From Acidobacteriaceae bacterium (GTDB taxonomy: Bacteria > Acidobacteriota > Terriglobia > Terriglobales > Acidobacteriaceae): a DNA stretch of 64,000 nt. The stretch's first letter is position 1, and every line of letters starts with the position of its first letter. Below, piece after piece: positions 19,516-28,489 of the stretch. The notes below the pieces were generated by a model that saw only the letters and a program-made list of their open reading frames with translations, was not told where the DNA came from and did no database searches. Where the stretch lies: NCBI GenBank assembly GCA_035656855.1, contig DASRRO010000219.1, forward strand, positions 4,340-68,339, read 5' to 3'. The position numbers and the translations under genes were made by a program.

Positions 19516-20937
19516 ATGCGACTCGGGTTCCGACATCTGGCAACAGTGGCAGTACTTTGTGGATGCACGGCGGTTTGGGCGCAGGCAAAGCCGGCGAAAG
19601 ATGCGCGGCTGGCGGGCGCGTACAAGTTCCAGCGCGCCGGCTGGACCTACGTTCATCTGCAGGGAACGCCGGATCAGATCGGATTCCAGCACGGCTACCT
19701 GCTCGGTCCGCAGATTACCGACGCGCTGCACGTGTACCGCGTGGAAGACGAGCATTCCACCCATCGCGACTGGGCATTCTACCGGAATGCCGGGAAGACG
19801 ATCCTGTGGCCGCATATCGAGCCGGAATACCAGGCGGAACTGAAGGGCATTGCCGCAGGCGCGCAGGCGCGCGGCGTGAAGGTGGATGTGTGGGACATTG
19901 TTGCGCTGAACGCAACGATGGAGTTGAGCGAGTACTACGTTCCGTGGCTGAACAAGCAGCAGCACGCGATGAATGCGCCGGTGATTCACGCGCCGGGCAA
20001 GTGCAGCGCCTTCATCGCAACCGGTAGCTATACAAAGGACGGCAAGATCGTCATTGCCCACAATAACTGGTCGTCGTACGCGGAGGGTTCGCGGTGGACG
20101 ATCATGTTCGACATCAAGCCCGAGCACGGGCACAGGATTATGCAGGACGGCATTCCGGGCATGATCACCAGCAATGACGACTTCGGGATCAACGATGCCG
20201 GCATCATGATGACCGAAACCACGATCACCCAGTTTGAAGGCTGGAACAGCAAGGGGATTCCGGAGTTTGTGCGGTCGCGCAAGGCATTGCAGTATGCCAA
20301 CAGCATCGATGATTTTGTCGCCACCATGATCGAGGGCGATAACGGCGGCTATGCGAACGACTGGCTCGTTGGAGATCGCAAGACGGGCGAAATCGCGTAT
20401 CTGGAACTGGGCCTCGAGCACACGCCAGTGTGGCGGAAGAAGGACGGGTATTTCGTCAGCTCGAACTTTCCGCGCGATCCATCGCTGATTAAAGACGAAA
20501 CAGACGGCTTCAATCCGCATGATATGTCGTCGTCGATGAACGCCCGGCATCTGCGCTGGGAGCAGCTGATGAAGGAGAATAAAGGCCGGATCGATGTGGA
20601 CCTGGCGGAGAAGTTCCTGGCGGATCACGAGGACCCCTTCACGCACAAGGAGGGAGCCGATCAACGCACCCTTTGCGGACATGAGGACGTGGCGAAGGAG
20701 GGCGTCCCGCAGTGGGACGACTCACCGTATAACCCCGGCGGCGCGGTGCAGGGCAAGGTGACGGACAGCGATCTGGTGGCGAAGATGACATTGATTGCGC
20801 GCGCGGGACATCCCTGTGGCGAGGATTTTCTGGCCAAGCCGTTCCTGGCGGCGCATCCGGAGTACGCCTGGCAGGCGCCAATTTTGCGGGATATGAAAGC
20901 GGGCCCATGGACGGAATTTCAGGCGGGAGAGAAGTGA
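19516..20937 (+). CDS. C45-family / phospholipase-B-like Ntn hydrolase
   Basis: Signal peptide; candidate nucleophile in HAPGKCSAFIATGSYTKDGKIVIAHNNW, matching the C45 autoproteolytic pattern. Confidence 0.55.
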   Translation: MRLGFRHLATVAVLCGCTAVWAQAKPAKDARLAGAYKFQRAGWTYVHLQGTPDQIGFQHGYLLGPQITDALHVYRVEDEHSTHRDWAFYRNAGKTILWPHIEPEYQAELKGIAAGAQARGVKVDVWDIVALNATMELSEYYVPWLNKQQHAMNAPVIHAPGKCSAFIATGSYTKDGKIVIAHNNWSSYAEGSRWTIMFDIKPEHGHRIMQDGIPGMITSNDDFGINDAGIMMTETTITQFEGWNSKGIPEFVRSRKALQYANSIDDFVATMIEGDNGGYANDWLVGDRKTGEIAYLELGLEHTPVWRKKDGYFVSSNFPRDPSLIKDETDGFNPHDMSSSMNARHLRWEQLMKENKGRIDVDLAEKFLADHEDPFTHKEGADQRTLCGHEDVAKEGVPQWDDSPYNPGGAVQGKVTDSDLVAKMTLIARAGHPCGEDFLAKPFLAAHPEYAWQAPILRDMKAGPWTEFQAGEK

Positions 20938-20944
20938 GAGAGCG

Positions 20945-20972
20945 GGGGATAGGGGTTAGGGGATAGGGGTTA
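20945..20972 (+). repeat. Heptad array (GGGGWTA)x4
   Basis: ggggata ggggtta ggggata ggggtta, starting 8 nt after the stop at 20937. Confidence 0.85.
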
Positions 20973-21188
20973 TGGTTCCGATGAACCCTGCCGCTGGCGG
21001 CGCGCCTCGGCAAGGCGATGGCGCAGGCGGCCTCGGCGGGAAATGACCAGAATCATGCGGGGTTCCGGCGCCACCAGGAGATGCTTGAGTGCAGGGCGTT
21101 CTAACTCCGTCATGGATATGTCATCCATGGGGCCGGTCGATGTGTCCGGTCACCCGCAGATCGGGCCGCGGTACGCAATAATAGGGCT

Positions 21189-22349
21189 ATGCAGCCAAAC
21201 GATTCCATGACGGATGTCCCCGGCGCGGTGGAAGAAATTAAGGCCGGCCGCATGATCATTGTCGTCGACGACGAGGATCGCGAAAACGAGGGCGACCTGA
21301 CGCTGGCGGCGGAGCACGTGACGCCGGAAGCCATCAACTTCATGGCGAAGTATGGGCGCGGGCTGGTCTGCCTGACGATGACCGAGGAGCGGGCCGACTA
21401 TCTGCGGCTGGGGCCGATGACGCAGCAGAACTCGTCGCGTTTTGGCACCGCCTTTACCGAATCGATTGAGGCGCGGGAAGGCGTAACGACGGGGATTTCC
21501 GCCTACGATCGGGCGCACACGATCAGAGTGGCAATCGATCCCCGGTCGACAGCGGCCGATCTGGCGCGACCCGGACATGTGTTTCCGCTGCGGGCGCGCA
21601 AGGGCGGCGTGCTGGTGCGGGCCGGGCAGACCGAAGCGTCCGTGGACCTTGCGCGGCTGGCAGGGCTGATTCCCGCAGGCGTGATCTGTGAGGTGATGAA
21701 GGACGACGGAACGATGGCGCGGGTGCCGGACCTGACCGCCTTCTGCCAGGAGCACGGGCTGAAGATGCTGACCGTGGCGGAGTTGATCCGGTATCGGCTG
21801 CAGCACGAGCGGTACATTGTGCGGGTGGCTGAGAGCCTGCTGCCGACCGAATGGGGCGAGTTCCGGATGATCGCCTATGAGAGCGAGGTGCATGGCGGGG
21901 AGAGCCATGTGGCGCTGGTGCGGGGCGATGTGAGCGGGACGGATCCGGTGCTGGTGCGGGTGCATTCCCGCTGTCTGGCGGGCGATGTGTTTGGGGCGAC
22001 GCTGTGCGACTGTCAACGGACGACACGCCAGTCGTTGAAGATGATTGCAGACGCGGGACGCGGCGCCTTCCTCTATCTGCACAACGCGGGCCGCGGATTC
22101 GAGATCGATCGGACGGGCGAGAAGCCGCGGGTCCTGTTCCATCGGGAGGCGCGAGCTCGCGAGGCTCACGCAGAGAGGCATCAGCGGATCCTGCGCGAGG
22201 TAGGGTTGGGTGGGCAGATCCTGGCGGATCTGGCGATTCACCGGATTCGCCTGCTGAGCAACACGCCGACGCATGTACCCGCACTCCAGGGCTTCGCTGT
22301 GGAGATTGTGGAGCAGGTACGGATTCCGGTAGAAGAGCCGGTCAGGTAA
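21189..22349 (+). CDS. ribBA: Bifunctional DHBP synthase / GTP cyclohydrolase II-like protein
   Basis: DHBP synthase half [20 protein letters not shown]...; second half keeps [16 protein letters not shown] zinc cysteines but diverges after them. Confidence 0.9.
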   Translation: MQPNDSMTDVPGAVEEIKAGRMIIVVDDEDRENEGDLTLAAEHVTPEAINFMAKYGRGLVCLTMTEERADYLRLGPMTQQNSSRFGTAFTESIEAREGVTTGISAYDRAHTIRVAIDPRSTAADLARPGHVFPLRARKGGVLVRAGQTEASVDLARLAGLIPAGVICEVMKDDGTMARVPDLTAFCQEHGLKMLTVAELIRYRLQHERYIVRVAESLLPTEWGEFRMIAYESEVHGGESHVALVRGDVSGTDPVLVRVHSRCLAGDVFGATLCDCQRTTRQSLKMIADAGRGAFLYLHNAGRGFEIDRTGEKPRVLFHREARAREAHAERHQRILREVGLGGQILADLAIHRIRLLSNTPTHVPALQGFAVEIVEQVRIPVEEPVR

Positions 22350-22376
22350 AACGGCAGCACAGATCGCTGGGAAAGA

Positions 22377-23795
22377 TCAGGCCGCGTCAGAGAGCGCGGC
22401 CTCTTCTTTTTGGGCGGCGCGGCTGCGGAATCGATAAAAGATCACCGCGATGAGATTGCTGAGCAGGATGGTGGCGATGATCTTGGCCGCGTACGTGCGC
22501 GCGCTGACGACATGCACGAACGGAAAAGCCGAGATGAACAGGCTGAAGAGCGTGGAGGCGAGGCCGACGGCGGATGTCCATTTGAGCCAGCGGGGCAGGG
22601 AACGGCGCAAGGCGGCGGCGCCAAAGAGCGGGATGGCAAACATGGCGACGTAGGCGACCTCGTAGTGAGTGAGACTGGCGTTGGTCAGGAGTTGGTACGC
22701 CTCCTGCGCGTGGACGCCCGAGCTGAAGAGCAGGATGAGCGCGAGGACCAGCACAGACGTGCAGGCGATGGAGTTGGTGGGGGTGCGACGGCGCGGATGC
22801 AGTCGAGTGAACCATTCGGGCACGAGGTGATTCCAGCCGGCAGCCATGGGCAGGCGGGTGACCCCGGTGAAGAGATAGCTGGTGGCTCCCAGCAGCCGCA
22901 TCTGCAGCAGAAGGATGGCGAGGATCGCCACGAGATTGCCGATGCCCGAGGCGCCCAGGGTCATGCGCATGGCCTGGGGAATGGGCGCGATGAAGTCGAT
23001 GTGGCCGCGGGGCACGAGGGCGACGATGGATGCGGTGCCGAGGATGAACATGGCGCAGATGACGGGCGAGGAGAGGATGACGGATTGTCCGATACTGCGC
23101 GCTGGATTGCGGCTTTCTCCGGCAAGGATAGCGATGTATTCGAGTCCGCAAAGGGCTCCGAAGAGCATCTGGCCGAAGAGCGCGAAGGTGCGGAGGTTGA
23201 GAGGCGGCGCGGCGACGGAGAAGGGTGTGTAGTGGATCGGTGCGTGGTGGGCGAGCGCCCAGAGCGGGAGCAGGATGAGTCCGGCGAAGACAATGAGGAT
23301 GGCAATGCCGCCGGTGTTGTGGATCCACTTACCGAGTTCCAGGCCGCGCAAGGCGGCGTAGGTGATGCCGGCCAGCATAAGGACGACGATGGCCAGGCAG
23401 AGGGGGCGATCCTCCGGCAGACCGCGAGCCGCGGGGCCGATGAGGTAGGAGATTTCCGTAGGGATGGCATAGAGGATGGTGGCGGTGACCGCGACCCCAT
23501 AGACCCAGAGGTTCCACGCAGTGAGGAAGCCGCCTAGATTGCCGAAGGCTGCGCGAGCCCAGACGTAGAGACCCCCTTCGAGGGGCATGGCGCGGTTGAG
23601 GCAGACGACCGAGCCGGCCATGGGAATGTAAAAGAGCAGCATGGCCGCGACCCAGATGAGCGATTGTGAGCGGCCGAGTCCGCCGGCAACGCCGACCCAG
23701 GAAGTGCCGACGACGCACAGGATCTGGGCGAGGACCAGATCGCGCAGCCGCAATGGACGATGCAGGCGATGCTCGGCCTCGGCGCGCTCGGGCAT
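22377..23795 (-). CDS. APC-family amino acid/polyamine permease
   Basis: 472 aa with about 12 hydrophobic segments; N-terminal LRDLVLAQILCVVGTSWVGVA pattern typical of APC transporters. Confidence 0.85.
   Translation of the reverse strand: MPERAEAEHRLHRPLRLRDLVLAQILCVVGTSWVGVAGGLGRSQSLIWVAAMLLFYIPMAGSVVCLNRAMPLEGGLYVWARAAFGNLGGFLTAWNLWVYGVAVTATILYAIPTEISYLIGPAARGLPEDRPLCLAIVVLMLAGITYAALRGLELGKWIHNTGGIAILIVFAGLILLPLWALAHHAPIHYTPFSVAAPPLNLRTFALFGQMLFGALCGLEYIAILAGESRNPARSIGQSVILSSPVICAMFILGTASIVALVPRGHIDFIAPIPQAMRMTLGASGIGNLVAILAILLLQMRLLGATSYLFTGVTRLPMAAGWNHLVPEWFTRLHPRRRTPTNSIACTSVLVLALILLFSSGVHAQEAYQLLTNASLTHYEVAYVAMFAIPLFGAAALRRSLPRWLKWTSAVGLASTLFSLFISAFPFVHVVSARTYAAKIIATILLSNLIAVIFYRFRSRAAQKEEAALSDAA
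22378..22410 (+). terminator. Terminator-like hairpin for ribBA, inside the 3' end of the convergent permease gene
   Basis: AGGCCGCG-tcagagag-CGCGGCCT followed by CTTCTTTTT. Confidence 0.5.
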
Positions 23796-23808
23796 GGTTC
23801 CGCCATAG

Positions 23809-23871
23809 TACAGGGTGCGGCGGACAGGGTACAGGGTACAGGTTGCGGGTTACAGGTTACGGGCTACAGTG
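23809..23871 (+). repeat. Heptad array, 9 units (TACAGGG-like)
   Basis: tacaggg tgcggcg gacaggg tacaggg tacaggt tgcgggt tacaggt tacgggc tacagtg. Confidence 0.85.
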
Positions 23872-24530
23872 TCTGGGACGGGCTCTTTGCCGGGTTGGGG
23901 CAAACCTTGCAGCAGAGGGTGCGCAGACAGATCGGCGCGCAACTGCTCGATGGAGCGAAAGAGAAGAGCGTGCAGGCCGAGCTGCTCCGCGGCGTGGATG
24001 TTGACGGGCTTGTCGTCGATGAAGAGGGCTTCTTCCGGGCGAACCCCCAGCTTCTCACAGGTGTGGAGATAGATGGCGGGGTCGGGCTTGGCAATGCCGA
24101 GCTCACAGGACCAGGTGAGTTGGGTAAAGCCGCTGAGCCAGGAAAAGTCGCGGCGCATGCGGCCGAGGACCTCGGCAACCATGTTGGAGAGGATGGCGGT
24201 GCGGAAGCCGGCGTTCTGCAGGGACTCGATCCAGGCGAGCATGCGCGGGTCGAGAAGTCGGGTCCACAACACGACATCGGCTTCGATGAGGGCGTTGATC
24301 TGCTCCGGGGTAAAGGAGAGGCCGGAATCCTGAGAGAACTGCCGCCAGAACGAAGGTCCGTCGTGGCGGCCGAGATCGTAGTTGTGGCGGTCGCGCCAGT
24401 AATGGCGCTCAAAGGTCGCGCGGTCGAGGCCAGTGAGCGCCAGGAGTTCGCGGTGGGCGGCGGGATCGGGCTGGCAGAGGACTTCTCCGTAATCGAAGAT
24501 GACGGCGCGGAGGGGGGAATTCGTCGGCAA
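23850..24530 (-). CDS. HAD-superfamily hydrolase
   Basis: TTG 24530 with AGGAG 6 nt upstream; motif I VIFDYGEVL, then ILSNM and FIDDKPVN; the rest of the 879-aa track ORF is antisense to the malic enzyme gene. Confidence 0.8.
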   Translation of the reverse strand: MPTNSPLRAVIFDYGEVLCQPDPAAHRELLALTGLDRATFERHYWRDRHNYDLGRHDGPSFWRQFSQDSGLSFTPEQINALIEADVVLWTRLLDPRMLAWIESLQNAGFRTAILSNMVAEVLGRMRRDFSWLSGFTQLTWSCELGIAKPDPAIYLHTCEKLGVRPEEALFIDDKPVNIHAAEQLGLHALLFRSIEQLRADLSAHPLLQGLPQPGKEPVPDTVARNL

Positions 24531-24797
24531 AAGAAGCTCCTGAGTGACTGGCGATGCGCTGCTTCTATTATGCCGTGGAGATTTGCGCGGACAGGAAAAT
24601 GGAGGATTTGTCAGGGCCAGGATGCTGGGAACGCAACAGAGATAGCGGGCCGAGGGCAGACTTCGGTAATCGTGACTAGCGGTATCTTTAGCGCAACTGC
24701 CGAAGACCGGGCTTAAACTTGGTAGGTTCGCCGGATGTTTCCCGCCGGGTGTCGTGAGGGACTTCTGGCCTGCATCTCTTTCTGCAGGAGGCGTCTC

Positions 24798-26531
24798 ATG
24801 GCATCGACCAGCGAAGCGATTACTGACCCAGCTACGGATCAGAGAACCGGACACGACGTACCGGTGATCCGGACGAAGCTTTACGGGTTTACCCTCCTGA
24901 ATCATCCCCGCCTGAACAAGGGCACGGCGTTTTCCGAAGAAGAGCGCGACGCCTTCGACCTGCACGGACTGCTGCCACCCCATGTGGGGACGCTGGCGGA
25001 GCAGATCCAGAGGAGGCGGGCGGCCTTTGATGCCTATGAAACGCCATTTGAGAGATACACCTTCATGCGGGACCTGCAGGACATCAATGAGACGCTGTTT
25101 TACGCGCTGATCTTGTCGGACGTGCGGACGTTTATGCCAGTCGTGTACACGCCAACGGTGGGCGAGGGATGCCAGCGATTCAGCGAAATCTGGCGGAAGC
25201 CGCGGGGATTGTTCCTGAGCTATCCGAACAAGCACCGGATCGAGAAGATTTTGTCGCACCAGCGCTACGACAACGTGAAGGCGATCGTGGTGAGCGACGG
25301 CGAACGCATCCTGGGCCTCGGCGATCAGGGCGCGGGAGGCATGGGGATTCCGATTGGCAAGATGGCGCTGTACACGGCTTTGGGCGGGCTGCATCACGAA
25401 AATTGCCTGCCGGTGCTGCTGGATGTGGGGACGGACAACGAGGAGCGGCTGGCCAATCCGATTTACATCGGGTGGCGGCAGAAGCGGGTGCGCGGGGCGG
25501 AGTACGACGACTTCATCGAGACCTTTGTGCGCGCCGTGGAAAAGCGGTGGCCGCACGTTCTGCTGCAGTGGGAGGACTTTGCCGGTTCGAATGCGGCCAG
25601 GCTGCTGAAGAGATATCGGGATCGGCTCTGCACCTTCAACGACGACATTCAGGGAACTGCGGCGGTGGTGCTCGCAACTTTGCTGGCGGCGGTGAAGGCG
25701 GCGGGGACGAAGCTGGAGGATCAGCGGGTGGCGATTCTGGGCTTCGGATCCGCGGGGATCGGGATTGCGAACCTCATCGTGAAAGCCCTGATGGATAGCG
25801 GCCTGAGCGAGATGGATGCGAAGAGCCGGATTTATCCGCTGGGGCGGCCGGGGCTGCTGGTAGAGGGCGCTGAGGGGATTCACGAGGAGCAGAAGGGTTT
25901 TGTGCATCCGCGGAAGGACGTTGAGGGTTGGCAGGTTGCCGATGCCAAGAAGATCACGCTGGAAGAAGTGGTGCGGAACGGCAGGATTACGGTGCTGATC
26001 GGCGTGGCGGCGAAGGCGGGGATGTTTACGGAAGAGGCCGTGCGCGCGATGGCAAAGAATACGGAGCGGCCGGTGATCTTCCCGCTGTCGAATCCGACGT
26101 CGAAGAGCGAGGCGAGGCCGGAGGATCTGATGAAGTGGACGAATGGTAAGGCGTTGATCGGGACGGGAAGCCCGTTCGCTCCAGTGAAGATCGGCGACCG
26201 CGAAGTTTGTATCGATCAAACGAACAATTCGTACGTCTTCCCAGGGCTGGCTCTGGGGATTGTGGCGGCGCGGGCGCGGCGGGTCACTGACGCGATGATC
26301 ATGACCGCGGCCCAGGCGCTGGCGCGTTTGTCGCCGGTGGAGAAGGATCGGAACGCGAGCCTCCTGCCGCCGATGGCGCAGTCGCGGGCAATCAGCCGCA
26401 TGATTGCGGGGGCGGTAGCGCGGCAGGCAATCGCGGAGGGTTTGTCGGATCTGCGCGACGGCGAGGTTGACGCGGCGGTTGACGCGCACGTGTGGAATCC
26501 CGTGTACGCACGGTTCGAGAGGGAGTACTGA
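24798..26531 (+). CDS. NAD-dependent malic enzyme
   Basis: AGGAGG RBS; LLNHPRLNKGTAFSEEERDAF, VYTPTVGEGC, VVSDGERILGLGDQGAGGMGIPIGK, FNDDIQGTAAV. Confidence 0.92.
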   Translation: MASTSEAITDPATDQRTGHDVPVIRTKLYGFTLLNHPRLNKGTAFSEEERDAFDLHGLLPPHVGTLAEQIQRRRAAFDAYETPFERYTFMRDLQDINETLFYALILSDVRTFMPVVYTPTVGEGCQRFSEIWRKPRGLFLSYPNKHRIEKILSHQRYDNVKAIVVSDGERILGLGDQGAGGMGIPIGKMALYTALGGLHHENCLPVLLDVGTDNEERLANPIYIGWRQKRVRGAEYDDFIETFVRAVEKRWPHVLLQWEDFAGSNAARLLKRYRDRLCTFNDDIQGTAAVVLATLLAAVKAAGTKLEDQRVAILGFGSAGIGIANLIVKALMDSGLSEMDAKSRIYPLGRPGLLVEGAEGIHEEQKGFVHPRKDVEGWQVADAKKITLEEVVRNGRITVLIGVAAKAGMFTEEAVRAMAKNTERPVIFPLSNPTSKSEARPEDLMKWTNGKALIGTGSPFAPVKIGDREVCIDQTNNSYVFPGLALGIVAARARRVTDAMIMTAAQALARLSPVEKDRNASLLPPMAQSRAISRMIAGAVARQAIAEGLSDLRDGEVDAAVDAHVWNPVYARFEREY

Positions 26532-26538
26532 GGAGAAC

Positions 26539-26566
26539 CCGGTAGCCGGTAGCTTGCGGCCCGTAG
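26539..26566 (+). repeat. Heptad array (CCGGTAG subfamily), 4 units
   Basis: ccggtag ccggtag cttgcgg cccgtag, starting 8 nt after the stop at 26531. Confidence 0.8.
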
Positions 26567-26707
26567 CGAGGAACTGAGGGCGAAAGCTATCATGTGCCTG
26601 CGCCTATGACCGTCTCCGGACGCTAATCCGGCTGAAGCCTGCTGACCATGCGGTGCGGGGCACCGGTCGGCAGAGATGCGTCGAACCATTCACTCCGGAG
26701 AAATCCA

Positions 26708-27211
26708 ATGACATTTCCAGATATTCTGACGCCCCGGCTGCGGCTGGTGGCGATAGCGCCCGCGCTTTTGCGGGTGGAAGGTCCCGAGCTCGAGGCATCG
26801 GTCGGTGCCGAGATTCCCGCGGCGTGGCCGCCGGAGCACTGGGAGCCTCACGTCTACGACTTCCTCGAAGAACTGTACGGCCGCGCGCCGTATGCAATCG
26901 CGTGGACTCGCTATGTGGTGACGCGGGCCGCGCCTCCCACGCTGATCGGAACGCTGGGCGGCTTCCCGCGCACGGAAACGGAGGCGGAAGTGGGGTATAG
27001 CATTCTGCCGCCGTGGCAAAGACAGGGGCTGGCGACGGAAGGTCTGCTGGCAGTGATGGAGGAGATCCGGCGGCGGGAGGAAGTGCAGACCTTCACGGCG
27101 CAGACGTTTCCGCATCTGCTGGCGTCAGTGCGGGTGCTGGAGAAGTGTGGGTTTGCGCTCACGGGCCAGGGCGACGAGGTAGGCACGATGCGTTATCGGC
27201 GCAAGAGGTGA
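26708..27211 (+). CDS. GNAT-family N-acetyltransferase (RimJ/RimL-like)
   Basis: TPRLRLVAI N-terminus; acetyl-CoA motif WQRQGLATEGL; C-terminal VRVLEKCGF. Confidence 0.75.
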   Translation: MTFPDILTPRLRLVAIAPALLRVEGPELEASVGAEIPAAWPPEHWEPHVYDFLEELYGRAPYAIAWTRYVVTRAAPPTLIGTLGGFPRTETEAEVGYSILPPWQRQGLATEGLLAVMEEIRRREEVQTFTAQTFPHLLASVRVLEKCGFALTGQGDEVGTMRYRRKR

Positions 27212-27279
27212 TCCCGGCGCCGATTCAGGTAAGCTGGAGGGACTTTGATTTGATCCCTGGGACGGAAAGGAATTCCGGC

Positions 27280-27855
27280 ATGAAGCTGGCAAAACTGGCA
27301 GGTTTGGTTCTGGCTGCGGCGGCGCCGCTGGCGATGGCGCAAACCTCGACGTGGAAGGCGGACCCATACCACAGCGAGGTGGACTTCACGGTGAAGCACC
27401 TTGGCATCACGAATGTGCACGGGCGATTCGGCAAGGTGGACGCCACGCTGGAGTGGAACGAGGCGGATCCGACGAAATCGACCGTCAACGCGACTATCGA
27501 TGTGACGGGCGTGGACACAGGCGTGACGCCGCGCGACAACGATCTGAAGGGCGATCATTTCTTCAATGTGGCGCAGTTTCCGACGGCGACCTTCGTGAGC
27601 ACGAGCGTGGAGAAGACCGCGTCGGGCCTCGAAGTGAATGGGAATCTAACCATCAAGGGCGTGACCAAACCCGTGGTGCTCGAGGTTCAGGGACCGTCTG
27701 GACCGGTGAATGGGATGGGCAAGAAGCCACATATCGGATTCGCGGCGACCACCAACGTGAAGCGGACGGATTTCGGGATTGCGGCGGCAATGCCGTCCAC
27801 GATGGTGAGCGACGACATTCATCTGGAGATCGATCTGGATTTCGCGAAACAGTAG
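27280..27855 (+). CDS. YceI-family polyisoprenoid-binding periplasmic protein
   Basis: Signal peptide ...PLAMAQ; DPYHSEVDFTVKHLGITNVHGRF and LTIKGVTKPV motifs. Confidence 0.85.
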   Translation: MKLAKLAGLVLAAAAPLAMAQTSTWKADPYHSEVDFTVKHLGITNVHGRFGKVDATLEWNEADPTKSTVNATIDVTGVDTGVTPRDNDLKGDHFFNVAQFPTATFVSTSVEKTASGLEVNGNLTIKGVTKPVVLEVQGPSGPVNGMGKKPHIGFAATTNVKRTDFGIAAAMPSTMVSDDIHLEIDLDFAKQ

Positions 27856-27907
27856 GGCACTCCCACGTCTGCCAAAGGCGGGCAGGCATGGGGCACTCGA
27901 GGAAGCA

Positions 27908-27937
27908 GGCGGCCCGCGCGGGCCGCCTTTTCTTTTT
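27908..27937 (+). terminator. Rho-independent terminator after the yceI-like gene
   Basis: GGCGGCCC-gcgc-GGGCCGCC followed by TTTTCTTTTT; overlaps the stop codon of the convergent gene. Confidence 0.7.
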
Positions 27938-28391
27938 AGCGTGCCGAACAGGTTTTGCGGCCGGTATCGGCAATGGCGGCGATACGCCACTGGCCGTTGA
28001 CGCGGACGAGGCTGAACAGGTCAGTGCCGCAGTGATCGACCTTGCCGTCACTGAGGAAGTCGAAGGGCGCCCAGACCACGGCGAGGTCGTGGTCGATGCG
28101 GACGAGGGGATGATGGATGCGCTCCTCGATGCGCATGGTGCCGGGCTTCGCGACGCGGGCGGCAAAGTCATCGAAGGACATCTGGACGGGCTTGCCGTCG
28201 CGCATCAGGGTGAGCGATCCACCGGGCAGCAGAGGCGCGCGAATCGCGTCGGCGTCACGGTGAGCCATGCCGTCGAAGAGAGCCTGCACCGGAGCGAGAA
28301 CGGCCTGGTCTTCCGGGGACGCGGCGCGGAGGGCAGGGCTGCAGGCAGCGAGCAGAAGGAGCGCGAGGACGAGTTTCGTCATGGCGGACAT
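27936..28391 (-). CDS. Secreted NTF2-like (SnoaL/DUF4440-like) protein
   Basis: Signal peptide MSAMTKLVLALLLLAACSPA; about 130-aa alpha+beta cone pattern ending ...FSLVRVNGQWRIAAI. Confidence 0.55.
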   Translation of the reverse strand: MSAMTKLVLALLLLAACSPALRAASPEDQAVLAPVQALFDGMAHRDADAIRAPLLPGGSLTLMRDGKPVQMSFDDFAARVAKPGTMRIEERIHHPLVRIDHDLAVVWAPFDFLSDGKVDHCGTDLFSLVRVNGQWRIAAIADTGRKTCSAR

Positions 28392-28402
28392 TCTAACGGC
28401 AG

Positions 28403-28423
28403 CCGGTAGCCGATGGCCCGTAG
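28403..28423 (+). repeat. Heptad array (CCGGTAG subfamily), 3 units
   Basis: ccggtag ccgatgg cccgtag; 12 nt upstream of the minus-strand ATG at 28391. Confidence 0.7.
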
Positions 28424-28489
28424 CTCGTCGTGCAAATCCGGAACAAGTGGATGGCGGACAGCATCCGGGCGGCGGACCGCGGTGGGATC

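Noticed and set aside
20970-21113. 47-aa minus-strand ORF ([32 protein letters not shown]...) between the hydrolase gene and ribBA
   Set aside because: It has no RBS and no recognisable family, and its 3' end runs into the G4 heptad array. It is more likely a chance ORF.
21000-21188. Possible FMN (RFN) riboswitch upstream of ribBA
   Set aside because: I looked for the conserved RFN core (GGGCGGG...CCGACAGT-like segments) on the plus strand and found nothing similar. This needs a covariance-model scan to be definitive.
24531-26489. Upstream two thirds of the 879-aa minus-strand ORF (23850-26489)
   Set aside because: This part is antisense to the NAD-malic enzyme gene. Only the last 227 codons (HAD hydrolase, TTG start with RBS at 24530) look like a real protein.
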